Assembly (NCBI GenBank): GCA_028534125.1
Contig: CM052825.1
Span: 248,001 to 312,000 of the forward strand
Reading direction: 5' to 3'
Origin: Lama glama
Lineage: Eukaryota
Length of the DNA stretch: 64,000 nucleotides
In this document: positions 26,001 to 37,599 of the stretch, in pieces
Layout of the letters: the number at the start of each line of letters is the position of its first letter
Position numbering within the stretch: the stretch's first letter is position 1
Notes under the pieces: model-generated
Databases searched by the model: none
The model's input: only the letters and a program-made list of their open reading frames with translations
What the model was told of the DNA's origin: nothing
Translations under genes and position numbers: made by a program

Positions 26001-27457
26001 ACTTGGGCTTCTGTTTGGACCCTCCCAAGGAGGCCCTGGACCCAGAGCCCCCAGGTCAGGAATGCTATCAGCGTGATCCCAGAGCTGCAATGCTAAAAGC
26101 ATTAATGGAGGGGGTGGGGGGCGGGGCTGCAGAGACCAGAATAAGAATGGTCGGGGCAGAAAGTAAATGGCCCATTTCCCGGGGGCAGCCGAAAGCCCGT
26201 CCTGCCAGGGGGCCCAGCCTTTTCCAGGCCTTACTCCTGCCAGCTGAAAAAAGAGCCTGAGCCCTGGAACCTCTCTGGGAGCCAGTCTCCCCACTTTCCC
26301 AGACCCATCAGGGAGTGGCAGAACGCAGCTAACCAAAGCCAGACCCTCCTCCTCAGGGTCACACATCAAGGAACCAGATCAACGCCCGCCCCCCCGAACC
26401 CCAGCCCAACTCTGATCTCCAAGTGAAATCCTGCCCCTTCCTGATAAGGATCAGCCAAAGGGTTTCCTGGGTCAAGAAACTACAGAAACCATCGCCCTTG
26501 CTAGAAGATGGTTTTGGCATGAAATGAAAATAGTTCAGGCCTCTCCACCACCATAATTAGGTACAAATTTCCAAATGACTAGACCATGTGATTTTACTTA
26601 ATTCCCCCGCCACCCCCCTTTTTCAGAGTCGTTTGCTGTGAGGAAAATCTTTATTTCCCTTAAAATCCTTCCAGCCAACCCCTGCTGCCTTGAGGTGCCC
26701 TACCTACAAGTTCACTTGGGACCTCTTCCCACCCACTCAAGAGCAAGTTTGGTGACGTGAGTATTTCCCGAGGTAGCTCACACTGGGGTTCCCACCACAG
26801 AAACCCGCCCCTTCTAGGAAGGAGCTCCCTCTGCTCCACACCCAAGCGCTGCCACCCAAGGCCACCGGCTCGCAGCCCAGCAGCCTGGGTCCCTTGGCAT
26901 CTTTGCCCACCTGGGCCCAGTGCACCTCTGCAACGGACACGCAAGAGCTTCATAAGTCTACTTGATGAATAAACTGTTCTCTAAAGTGGCTCAGCTCCAG
27001 AGCCTGAGGGTGAGCCCCAAAATAGTCCCCGAACAGCAGATGTGTCCAAGGCGCGCCTTTTTATTGGCTCGTGAAAACAGAAAGACACGGGCCTCCTACA
27101 ACCACAAAGGCCCAGCCCAGTGGCAGGAGCCGGGCAAGTTCGCAGCAATGACAATGGGGCCCTGCTGGGAGTGGGCTGGGGGGCACCCACTGCCCCTGTG
27201 AGTCTGCCCGCCGGGCGCACTGGGCCAGGGCTCGGCGCCCAGAGCCTGAGCAGGCTCCTCCCGGCCCGAGGGCAGGCTCCGGGCTGCACACCTGGCCGGG
27301 GCGCCGGCGCCTCTGTGCGGCTGAACTTTCTGTGACACACTCGGCATTTTCCTTAAATGCAAAAACAATCCCTGCGCGAGTGAGCAGCCCTCGGCCGCCT
27401 CCGGGAGAGAAAGTGTGATTGGAAGAGAAACTCCTGACTCATCCGCCTGGGCTTTTA

Positions 27458-27820
<363 letters not shown>

Positions 27821-28233
27821 TTAGCATGAAGGCCGCCCGACCCCCAGCCCCGGCCCTGGCGCCTGAGGCTGGGGTGGGGCTGGGTGAGACCCCCAAATTC
27901 TCCGTCCCTATCCGTGTCTGCCCTTTGCAAAAAGAAGGCCCTCCCCACCCTTAAATTTCCAAAGAAGCCCCCCACTCCGGCCCCTCCGCCCCCGCCCCGG
28001 TGTCAGTTACAGGAGGTCTAGGGGCTGCAAGGGGCCCGGGGAGTTTTCTGATCTAGTAGTGAAATCGACATCTAGAAAGATCAAGTTGAAATGCGTCACG
28101 GATCGGCGACGAAAGTCACGGCAGCCCTAACACTTTAATCTAGCCTGAGGCTTAAATTTCACACCCGGAATCCCAGGCCGAACCTGCGGGGGAGAGGGTC
28201 TCTCCTCCTGCAAACACGCGGGTGTGCGCGGCA

Positions 28234-28236
<3 letters not shown>

Positions 28237-28268
<32 letters not shown>
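28237..28268. repeat. (CA)n microsatellite, PDGFA intron 1
   Basis: About 16 CA units. Confidence 0.95.
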
Positions 28269-28270
<2 letters not shown>

Positions 28271-29171
28271 CCGCCCCACCCCGGACTCCAGCCCAGCCGC
28301 GGCCCTAGCGCCGACTAAGACTCCCCGAACGCAGCCGCGGCTGGGAGGGGCTGCCAGGGAACGTGAGAGTTAAATAAATATCTGCCTCTCGCAGCTCATG
28401 GTCCCTGCCCAGACCACCCCCACCACTCGGTATCCCCCTACTCCTTCCAGATTTTTAAAGGGAGTCGGGGGTCGCTGGGGGGGTCTCAAGCACTAAGTTC
28501 CCACGAAGGGGGCTGTAGAAAGTCATTCATCACAGAGCTCCCAGGGATTCAGAATTCGAGGTTGGGGGGGTGGGGACGCAGGCGGTGGGAGGGCGCGGGC
28601 GCCTGGCCCGGCCCCGGCTCGCCTCGCTCAGCCACCTGTAAGCAGGCCCCGGTCGGGTGGGACTGCACCGGGCTAGCCGTCCCGCCGGGCGTGGGGATGG
28701 AAAACCTGGAGCTGCGGCTCCATGCTGCCCACCCAGCCTGCCGGGACTCCTGCAGCAGCCACCCCTACCTGCTTGTCGGCGGCTCTTCTCCCTTCTCCGG
28801 AGCCGCCGGCTCTCACATACACACCCCCTTCCGCGCTCCCTGCACCCCAATGCTGCATTGTCCGCCAAGCCCGGGGTTTCCCTCCTCCGAGAGGAGCTCG
28901 CGCCCCCCGAAGTTTCTCCCCACTCGTCGACCCCGCCGCCACTCTGTCCTTCCACGGCAGAGCGACGCAACACGCTGGAAACTCACCAGCCACACTTAGA
29001 CATGGCAGAAAATAGAACCCAGTTGGGAAAATTAAAAATCGACCACCTTAGCAGAAATCAAAATGCGCTCTGCAGACCCCCGGAGCCCAGGGCGCCTCGG
29101 CCGGTGGGCGGCTGCAGGGGGCGTGCGCCGGGGGAGCTGGAGAGGGGACCGGGTGCGGGGGTGGCACCCAC

Positions 29172-29234
29172 CTCGGCCNNNNNNNNNNNNNNNNNNNNNN
29201 NNNNNNNNNNNNNNNNNNNNNNNNNNNNNNNNNN
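29172..29234 (-). CDS. PDGFA: PDGFA exon 1 coding part (signal peptide); only the last 7 nt are visible and the ATG position is inferred inside the gap
   Basis: G GCC GAG|gtgggt (A-E then donor) at 29178-29166; 63-nt coding length assumed from orthologues. Confidence 0.7.
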
Positions 29235-29342
29235 NNNNNNNNNNNNNNNNNNNNNNNNNNNNNNNNNNNNNNNNNNNNNNNNNNNNNNNNNNNNNNNNNN
29301 NNNNNNNNNNNNNNNNNNNNNNNNNNNNNNNNNNNNNNNNNN
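29179..29342. other. Assembly gap (164 N) covering the PDGFA start codon
   Basis: N run. Confidence 1.
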
Positions 29343-29467
29343 CCCGGAGAAGGGTGGCGCGGAGAGCAGGGAGCCGACGGAGCGCGCCCGGCGCGAGCAG
29401 CGAGTGCGGAGAGGCAGGCAGCGCCAGCAAGGAGGAGGAGGAGCAGGGAGTGCGCGCTCGCCGCGCC

Positions 29468-29599
29468 NNNNNNNNNNNNNNNNNNNNNNNNNNNNNNNNN
29501 NNNNNNNNNNNNNNNNNNNNNNNNNNNNNNNNNNNNNNNNNNNNNNNNNNNNNNNNNNNNNNNNNNNNNNNNNNNNNNNNNNNNNNNNNNNNNNNNNNN
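29468..29599. other. Assembly gap (132 N) in the PDGFA 5' UTR
   Basis: N run. Confidence 1.
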
Positions 29600-29697
29600 T
29601 AGGAGCGACCCGGCCGGTAATTCTGCATATTTGCGGGCATCAGCCCCGAAAGGGACCCCGGAGCGAGGCTTGAGACGCTGTCGCCGCACCACCCCAT
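29599..29697 (-). other. uORF in the PDGFA 5' UTR with three in-frame AUGs: MGWCGDSVSSLAPGSLSGLMPANMQNYRPGRS
   Basis: ATGs at 29697, 29640 and 29628 in one frame; next codon is TA+N (probable stop, third base in the gap). Confidence 0.7.
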
Positions 29698-30099
29698 CAC
29701 CTGTCTGGACGCCCGGCCAGGCCCGGCACGGGCTCGCGCTCTCCCTGCGGGCTGCGGGCGGCCCTGCGCGCCCACCGCGGGCCCCGAGCTCGCCTCCGGC
29801 CTCCTTTTGCCGCCGCCGCCGCCCGACAGGGCACGGCGCGGCCCAGCACGGCGCGGCCCGGCGGCCTGCGTGCGCCCCTCCGCGGCGCGCCCTCGGCTCC
29901 GGCGCTGCGCTCCGCCCTCCGCCGGCCCGAGCCGGGCAGCGCCTGCGGCCGCGCCGCCTGGCAGCCGCCGCCCGCCCCGGGCCTCGCCGCGCGGGCCTGA
30001 GGGCGGGCGCAGGGCCGAGCCGGAGCCGCCGCAGCCGGCAGGAGAGGAGGAGGAGCGGGCAGGCCCAGCTCGCCGGAGTTGTGCGGGCTCCGCAAGGCG

Positions 30100-30190
30100 C
30101 GCGTGTGGAGCCGGCCGGCGGCGGGGAGGGGGTTATAGCGCCGCCGCCGCCGCGCCCCTCCCCCGCCCCCTCCCCCTCGCCTCCCCCGGA
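30100..30190 (-). promoter_or_regulatory. PDGFA: PDGFA core promoter: TATAA (30137-30133), G-tract Sp1/EGR1/WT1 element (30155-30187), TSS near 30104
   Basis: Minus strand GGGGGAGGCGAGGGGGAGGGGGCGGGGGAGGGGCGCGGCGGCGGCGGCGCTATAACCCCCTCCCCGCCGCCGGCCGGCTCCACACGCGCGCC matches the recalled PDGFA promoter. Confidence 0.88.
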
Positions 30191-30635
30191 TTCCGGGCCC
30201 GGGACCCGCACCTCGGAAGCGCGCGGGGGCTGCACGGACCGGGCAGGGCCCGGCCGCCGCCGCCGCCGCCGCAGTGAGCACACACACGCGCTCACGCAGG
30301 CAGTAAAATCCATCAAGGCCCCGCGCCCGGCTCCGAGCACAGCCACCAGGGCTTCGCTCGCCCGCCGAGGCTCCCCGCGCGCCCCTCCCTCGAGCTTGCC
30401 CACCCTCCAGTGCCAGCTGCAATCCTGCAGCACCGGACGGGGAGGGGAGGAGGCCGCTGCAGAAGCGCCGCCGTCGCCGGCTCGCCTCTCTCGGGCCCCA
30501 GCGGCAGCAGAGGGCAGCGCCCAGAGCTGCTACGCCAAAAAGGGCAAAAGCAAGCCGGCCCCCGCCTCCCGCCCCTCGCCTAGGCGCTCCAGCCTCTTTC
30601 CACGGTTTGGATCCTGGGCCTCTGCCTCCCCCATT

Positions 30636-30645
30636 CCATAAAAGG
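30636..30645 (-). promoter_or_regulatory. CArG box / serum response element CCTTTTATGG
   Basis: Perfect CC(A/T)6GG about 0.53 kb upstream of the TSS; same 10-mer as the recalled human PDGFA SRE. Confidence 0.75.
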
Positions 30646-33600
30646 AGGGGGAGTGAGTCTCTGGTGAGAGGCTGGGCGGGTTTAGGGGCGCGTCTGGGGC
30701 ACTCACCTGGCGGCTGCCACGCGCCCCCGCCCAGAATCCAATGCCTGGGGCGTCTGAATGAAGAACCTCCACCCACATTCCGGGATGGGAGAGCGCCCAG
30801 GTCGGAGGAGGGGGGCTGCAGCGTGCCTCGTCCCCGCCCTGGGAGCCCGAGTCCTCCAAGTCCCCACTCCCTCGTGGAAGGGCCGGGCCACGACCTGAGC
30901 TGGGAACTCGAGGGGGTGGAAGGGAAGAAAGGGAAAGTAGCTGCTCGTGAGGAACCGGGGAGTCTGAGCCTCCCGCGCCGGATCCGCTGGGCGCACAGAG
31001 CGCCACCTCCGGCCGCGGCGCGGCACAGAGCGCGATGCGGGGGAGCGACGCGCTGGAGGCTGAGGCCTGAGCGCGTCTGGACGGCTTCCCCGGCACCAAA
31101 TGGCGGTGCGCCGGGCTGGTTAGGTTCCTTTCGCCTAGACTAGGTGGGATCAGACCCCAGCGGCAGGTCCCTCGAGGGGGCCGACGAATCCTGGTAGCAG
31201 TGCTAGAGGGGCGACGGGCCGTGCGACCCCAAAGCTAGACAGCGAGGCCCTTGGAGGCTAGGAAGCGCCCGAGTGGGTGGGTGGGCGGCGGAAAGAGAAT
31301 TCCGCCCGACCCAGCCCTCCACCCGCTTGTCCCCATCCTATGGATAATCCGTTGCCCCCGCCGCGGCCGCACTCCGGCCAGACAAAGGCAGTAAAGGCGC
31401 AACCCCGCGGGCGGTCTTTCATCCTGGGCTTGGCCGACGCTGGCATTTCAAAGGCTGAGTCCAGTGGGCGCTTCAGGGGCACTTGCCTTCCCCCAAATAA
31501 CTGGGGGGAGGGGCGAGCCCCTCTGCGATTCTCAGCGGCCGGGGCTACAAGCTCCCTTCCACATGCCTCCACATACCTGCAGGCAGCCCCCTCAAGGCAC
31601 CTGCCTCCCCGCCGTAGCCCCACCAGCGACCCACCCGTCTTCAAGCGGGCTCTCGGGTGGTCAGGATGAAGGAGGCATGAGAAAGAACCAGGGAAATTTG
31701 GGGAACGTTTAAAAACACTTGAGAGCCTTGTCCTACCAGGTGGAACCTTCCACTGCTTTGCGGAGGGAGACCACTGGACGGTTTCCGGCAGGCAGCCAAA
31801 AGTGCACTGCCGAGCCCTCCGTGGCCTACTGGACCCGGGAGCTGACAGCTTCACGTCTGGTTGAGCCTCGGATTCTTCTCGGGCGGAGAGGTGGAGGGAC
31901 CCGAGGACACTTATTTGGGGTTTAAAGACTCGGTTTAATAGTATATGTGGGAATGAAGGGGGAAAGGTCACCTTGTATGGGGTTGCAGTTAAGGGCCCCT
32001 CCTGCTCCAACGTCTGCACAAGGCTAGCCGGTTCCTGGGGGTCCCGCCACCTCAGAGCAAACCTCGATGAGTGATCCCCTCTGTGCCCCTTCCCGGTTTG
32101 GCACTTCAGGGGCTCCCAGTTGGAGTCTGGGACGGATGGAAGAGATCTGGGGGTGCAGAAGGGGACGTCTTCTGTGGGCGTCTCAGGCCAGAGCGAGGCG
32201 AGGAGCGGGGAGGCCTGGGTGCACCCCCAGCCGGGACTGGGGATCTGCGGGGGGCGGGGGCGCAGGCATCCCTCTAATCGCTGGCCGCTATTAAAAATAA
32301 AACCGTGGGGCGTCGTCATAGCGACCACGACAACAGCGGCCGCGCGAGGGTGGCACAAACTTGTGCAGCCGCCCGACACCGCCTTTGGGGGAGACTCGGG
32401 GCAAGAGGTGCTTTCGGAACCAAGGCCCGCCCTGCGGTGGGACAGGGACCCCCAACCAGCACGCCCCACCCTCTCCACATCCTGGAAAGAAACTGGCAGA
32501 AATAGATCCCTAGAAGCTGTTCCTACGACCTTGGACTGACGTGACTAAGAGGTCACCAACTCGGATGGGAACCCACACCCGCGAGGACTCCCTCTCCGGC
32601 CCTGGCTCCTCTCCCCGACACCCCGCCCCCTTGCAGACTCCAGGCGTCCTCTTCTCTGGAGAAGGGGCTGAGTGAGGAGGCGGTTTCTGATGCTGGGGTG
32701 GGGGGAGCGAGGAGGCAGGAAGAGGAGACCGTGAGTACCGAGGCCAGGCGCGTCGGGGCCCCAGCACCTGCCCAGCGCGCTCGCGGAGATCCTTGCCGCT
32801 CAGGCCTTGTCACATGCTTCTTTCTGCCCGGGAATCGGATTTCACTTCCAGCCGCTATTAGGCGGTTCACACGGTTCACGGCGAACATTTGATAAAGAGG
32901 CTAAATATACATTGGAGTTGGAGGCGTGGGCGGCCTTGCCTAGCGCGTGGGCGCGGCGTTCCAGACTCTGCGGGGCATCCCGGCCCAGGCCTGGAGGCAG
33001 GTCGCGGACCCCTGACCGGCTCCCCGCCCCGCGCCGCCGCCCCCGGACAATTCCCACCTCAGGCCAGGGAGGCTGCTGCGGGGCTTACAGGCCAGACAGA
33101 GGGCCTCTGGCTGAAGAAGGGGGCGCTGCGGGGACCTCCAGGGTGGGGAGGTGCTGGTGGGAGGCGAAGCTGCACCTGGCAGCCCGGGATGTCCGCTCGC
33201 CCCCGGAGCCTGTGTTTCCGGGCTATCTCTGGCGTCCCGGCACGCCCCGACGTGCCTAAGGGCCCATAATTAAGGTGAGTCAGGTGCTCCAAATAGGCGC
33301 GGAGAAGGGCCGCTACGCAGCTGGGGTGACTGGCAGGGGGCCTGCCTCTCGCTGGTTCCCTCTGGCAACGCCCATGCCGCCCCCATCCACCCACCCATCC
33401 AGGGAGGAGCTCCTGAAAGACCTTGGCCGCTCCTCAGAGCAAGGTGGAGGGCTGGGGTGGGGTAGGGAGCTTTGATTAAGGACCTGTTCCCTAGCCCAGC
33501 TCTTGTGTGCAGCCAGCCTTTTGCCCCAAAGCCCACCTCACCCCATCCCGTCTGCTGTCTGCAGGGCAGGCCCAGGGCCTGCACAGGTCCATGTTCCATT

Positions 33601-34067
33601 ATTGCTGTCATCTTTTCAGGAGAGTCATGGCTCACATGCACTGGGCACCTCCAGCCCTGAGTGACCCCTAGGAGTAGAGAGCTGTCCCACGTCCCATTTT
33701 ACAGAGACCAGAATGCCAGGCACCTGCCCGCAGCCCCAGAGTGCAGCCCCAGGCAGTCGGCTGCCACCGGCTCCCCTGTGTGAGCGCATCAGTCCCCAGA
33801 GCGGCCACACAGGCTCCTTTATCCTGAAGGTCTTGGACAGGGATGAAGGAGCCCTGGCAGTAAGGCACTGGACCAGAGCCCACGCCCACCTGACCCCCCA
33901 GCCTGAGGTGCCCTGGCTGCCCTCTGCCCTTGACCTTGGCCTTGTGGGGTGGTTTGTCCCTAGACTGCTCCGAGTCTGTTCTCTTATCTGGAAAATGGGG
34001 ACCAGTAACGTTACCCTGCACAGCTGTTCCCCGGCCCTGAGCCTCCCGCCCAGGAGGGCAGCAGCTC

Positions 34068-34095
34068 ACACACATGCGCACACACACGCGCACAC
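34068..34095. repeat. Imperfect (CA)n repeat
   Basis: acacacatgcgcacacacacgcgcacac. Confidence 0.7.
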
Positions 34096-34624
34096 ACGTA
34101 CGTGTACACACACACCTGCAGCACCTGGTGCCCCACGGCAAGGGCACGGCTGCCCAGCTGCCTGCTTCTGGGTCCTGCCGGTGGGGGCCATCTGGGCCTC
34201 CAAACCCAGGCCTCTGCCCGGTGCCAGAGTGGATTTCAGAACAATTTGTAATGACGAAACACCACATTCCCTTTATCTCTGGGCAAGGCTTTCTTGCTTC
34301 AGGGCAATTAATCTGGGAGCAGCCTCAGCTGAGTGGGCACCACTGCTTGAAGATCAAAGCTGCCGGCACGCAGGCGTTAATTAAGTCATGATCTCAGGCG
34401 GCCCCAGGCCCCAGGCTCCAGCAGGCCTTTCCAGTTCAGGCCCCCCAGGAAGAGGGTAAGCCTGCCTGCAGCCTGGGAGGGCCTTCTCAGTGTCCTCTTT
34501 AACTCCCTAGTGAATATTTTTCTTTTTAAAATACACAGACAGCAGTGAAGGTTTGCTAGCATTTAAGCCCATAACCATTTTGTGAATGAAGACCTATGTG
34601 AAGAGGTACCTGGGGGCTTCAGAC

Positions 34625-34941
34625 CTGGACTGTCCGGTATAGGAGCTACCAGCCACGCATGGCCATTGGGCATTTGAGACGTAGCTGGTCTGAGTTATGA
34701 TGTGCTGTACGTGTAAAACACACACAGCCTACAGGACTTGGTATGAAAGTAGAGTGTGCAATTTCTCATTCGTAATTTTATGTTAATTATCTGTTGAAAT
34801 GAGAATATTTGATATATTGAGCTCAATAAACTGTGATGACAATCAATTTCACTCATTTGTTTTTACTTTTGTTTAATGTGGCTATTAGGAAATTGTAAAT
34901 TCCATATGTGGCTTAAATAACATTTCTCCTGGACGAGGCTG
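34625..34941. mobile_element. MER33 (hAT-Charlie) non-autonomous DNA transposon, near full length
   Basis: ctggactgtccggtataggagctaccagccac...gatgtgctgtacgtgtaaaacacacac...aatgtggctattaggaaattgtaaattccatatgtggct...ctggacgaggctg is collinear with the recalled consensus; flanks cttcagac / gtccagac look like a decayed 8-bp TSD. Confidence 0.85.
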
Positions 34942-35189
34942 GTCCAGACACCTGGACTTCGTATCTACTCAGCAGAGCCATCCAGATGGGTGTGAGTGTT
35001 GGGGGGCTCAGAACACAGCACAGCCCTGGAAGCCTCAGAGGGGTCAGCCCCCCACCCCCATTGCCTCATCTGCTGTGTGACCTGGAGCAAACTCTTTCAT
35101 CTGCATCTTGGAACCTCAACTTCCTCCTCTGGTAACAGCCAGTTCAGAGGGCTGCCTGTGGAAATTTTCACTTGCTCATGCAACAGATA

Positions 35190-35590
35190 GTTCTGCATCA
35201 GGAGCTGGGCAAAGCACCGGGACATAGCAGTGCAACGGTGCCCTCGTGGGGCCCACAGCCTCTCCAGGGGACATAAACAAGTGACAAGTCAGTAACACTG
35301 TTCCAGCTCAGGAACCGGGGGAGGTCATGAAGGCCTGTTTATTGGAAAAGGAGCAGATCCTGAGAAGATCTAGACAGAGCTTTCTAGGCAGAGGGGACCA
35401 ACAGCAGCACATGCAAAGGCCCTGAGGCAGGAACCAGCTTGGCTTGTTCAAGGAGCGAGAAGGCGGGGCTGGAGGGAGGACAGGGGCTGGGAGAGGCAGG
35501 CAGTGGGGCATGTCAGAGTCTGTAAGACTAACTGAAGGATTTGTTCTAAGGGGACGGAAGCCACTGCAGGGCTTGGGGCGGGGATACTGC
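35190..35590. mobile_element. L2 fragment
   Basis: ctaggcagagggg...aacagcagcacatgcaaaggccctgaggcagga...ggaagccactgcagggctt. Confidence 0.75.
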
Positions 35591-36904
35591 ATACAGTGGC
35601 GTAAACAGAAACTTTGACAGCAGCCCCCTGACAGCCAGCCTGCCAGGCCAGAGCAGCCAGTCCGCCTCTCCCCCTCCCTTGCCTCTCAGGGCCTTCAGGA
35701 CTCATGGCCAAGTTTCTGCATCATGGATTCCAAGGATTCACGTCTAGCTGGTCAGCTGATTTGAACCCAGAGCCAACCCACACCTCTTTGCCTGGGGCTG
35801 CCTGGGGCCCTGCCCCTCTCAGGGGTGGTGGATGGGGTGGGAGGGGCTTCCAGTCCCCATTAGCCATCGAGTGTTGACGGGACTCGCACCCCCAGGCAGA
35901 GGTTGGAGCCTGGAGCTCCTGAGGTTGTCTGGGGACATGCCAGGCTGGCTCTCCAAGCCTCCAGAAGGAAAAGTAACAGCATGTCCTCCAGAGAAGGGGA
36001 CTTCTACGCTAGGGAGGCCAGCAAGCCTTGGAGCAGGACCGCAGGTCAGTCCAGAGCTGAGGGGTCAGCACAGGGGTGACCTCAGCTCACCGGGGGAGAA
36101 GGGAGCCAGAGTGGCCTGTAGAGGCTGGACTGGGGCTAAAAGTGCTTGAGGAGTGCACAGAAACTTCTAGAACGAAGAGCAGCAGCGTGGGTGTGGGGAG
36201 GAAGACGAAACCTCTCGAGCTACAGTAATCAGAGCAGTGTGGCACTGGTGACAAGCATGCTGGAGCACACAGGGTCGGAAAGGGCCATCCTAGAGGAGGG
36301 ACTGGAAGGACTGGAAAGGGCTGTTGAGTAAATGCACTGGGACAGTTTAGGAAAACAACCGGATTGAGGCCTCACTTACCCTGGACTCAACTGCACACAT
36401 CTCAGTGGGTTAAGAAGTTAAGCTGTTTAGCGAAGGTTTCAGAACAAGCTCCCCTGAGAGTCCTGGAGTGAGGCGGGAGGGGATGCGCCTCACCTGCAGC
36501 TTCTCGCTGGAGCCCTGCAGTCTCGGTCTAGTCTCGAGGGGGACACACCCGAGTTGAGAGAGTCCACCAAAGGCCTGCTCCTGAGCCTTCACTGTCGTGA
36601 AACGAAGAGAGCATGGGGGTGGGGAGGGGCGCCTGGACTGAAGGGGATGGAAGAGGCAGCACGGCCAGCGCAGCGGCAGCCCTGGGCCGGCTCCTCCGTC
36701 TGGGAGCGGGCAGTCTGGGACCGCGGGAGAAGGGCTCAGTCACTGTGTCCAAGGAAAATTCCTGGGCGTGGTGATGAGGTTACGGTGATGCAGGAGGGCT
36801 TCTGTGTCCTTGGGAGACCCTGTGGTCCCTGGGATGAAGAGTCACAACAGCTGCAGCTGGTTTACACATGGCTGGGGTAGGGGGAGGTGTGAGTGCTAGG
36901 GAAA

Positions 36905-37030
36905 TAGATGATAGGTGGATGGACGGGTGGATGGGTGGGTGGATGGATAGATGGATATGTGGGTGGACGGACGGGTGGATGGGTGGGTGGATGACAGATG
37001 CATACATACATACATACATACATACATAAA
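36905..37030. repeat. (GGAT/GGGT)n followed by (TACA)n simple repeats
   Basis: Visible directly. Confidence 0.9.
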
Positions 37031-37059
37031 TGGAAGATATTTACCTGCGCAGACAAAAC

Positions 37060-37225
37060 AGACATACAGATGTAGATAGACCATCAACAGGAAAGATGGA
37101 TGACAGGTGACAGGTGGATGGTAGATCACAGATGGGAAAACTGAACTGAGGTGAGGGGTACCCGGCGGTTCACTGTACTCTTCCTGCAACTTTTCTGTAA
37201 GACTGGAATTTTTCAAAAGAAAAGC
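37060..37225 (+). mobile_element. Old L1 (L1MC/ME-type) 3' terminus fragment
   Basis: gttcactgtactcttcctgcaacttttctgtaagactggaatttttcaaaag. Confidence 0.65.
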
Positions 37226-37599
37226 TATGAGAACATGCTGATCCCGACTTTCTCGCTTTCCCGCAGTTGATCCACCTCCGCGAAGGCAGAGAACGCTCAG
37301 AGCTCTAGAAGACAGGACAAACCACAGTTGTGTATTTCACATTTTTAATCAAAACAAAAGCCCGTCAGATGTGACAGTATGGATGTTTAAAATGTGTAAA
37401 AATGGTAAAACCTGAGCACAGGGAGCCCTCGGTTATCTGCTGTGTCTCTAGTGTCCCTGTGTCCTTTATCTGCACAGAGTAAGTGAATTAGTCAAATCTC
37501 TAAAATACGGTATCTACTTGTGTCTTTGCTCATGCTCTCCCGCCAGTAAACCGTGGTGCACGAAAGCGACCCACGTGGGGACAGACGCTCAGAGGCACT

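Noticed and set aside
28657-30776. Long ORFs of 336-461 aa on both strands over the PDGFA CpG island
   Set aside because: Arg/Ala/Gly/Pro-rich products of extreme GC content; several cross N gaps; no domain. Only the sub-segments discussed as the uORF and candidate exons are kept.
31258-32478. 406-aa minus-strand ORF upstream of PDGFA
   Set aside because: No recognisable domain or exon structure; stop-poor GC-rich sequence.
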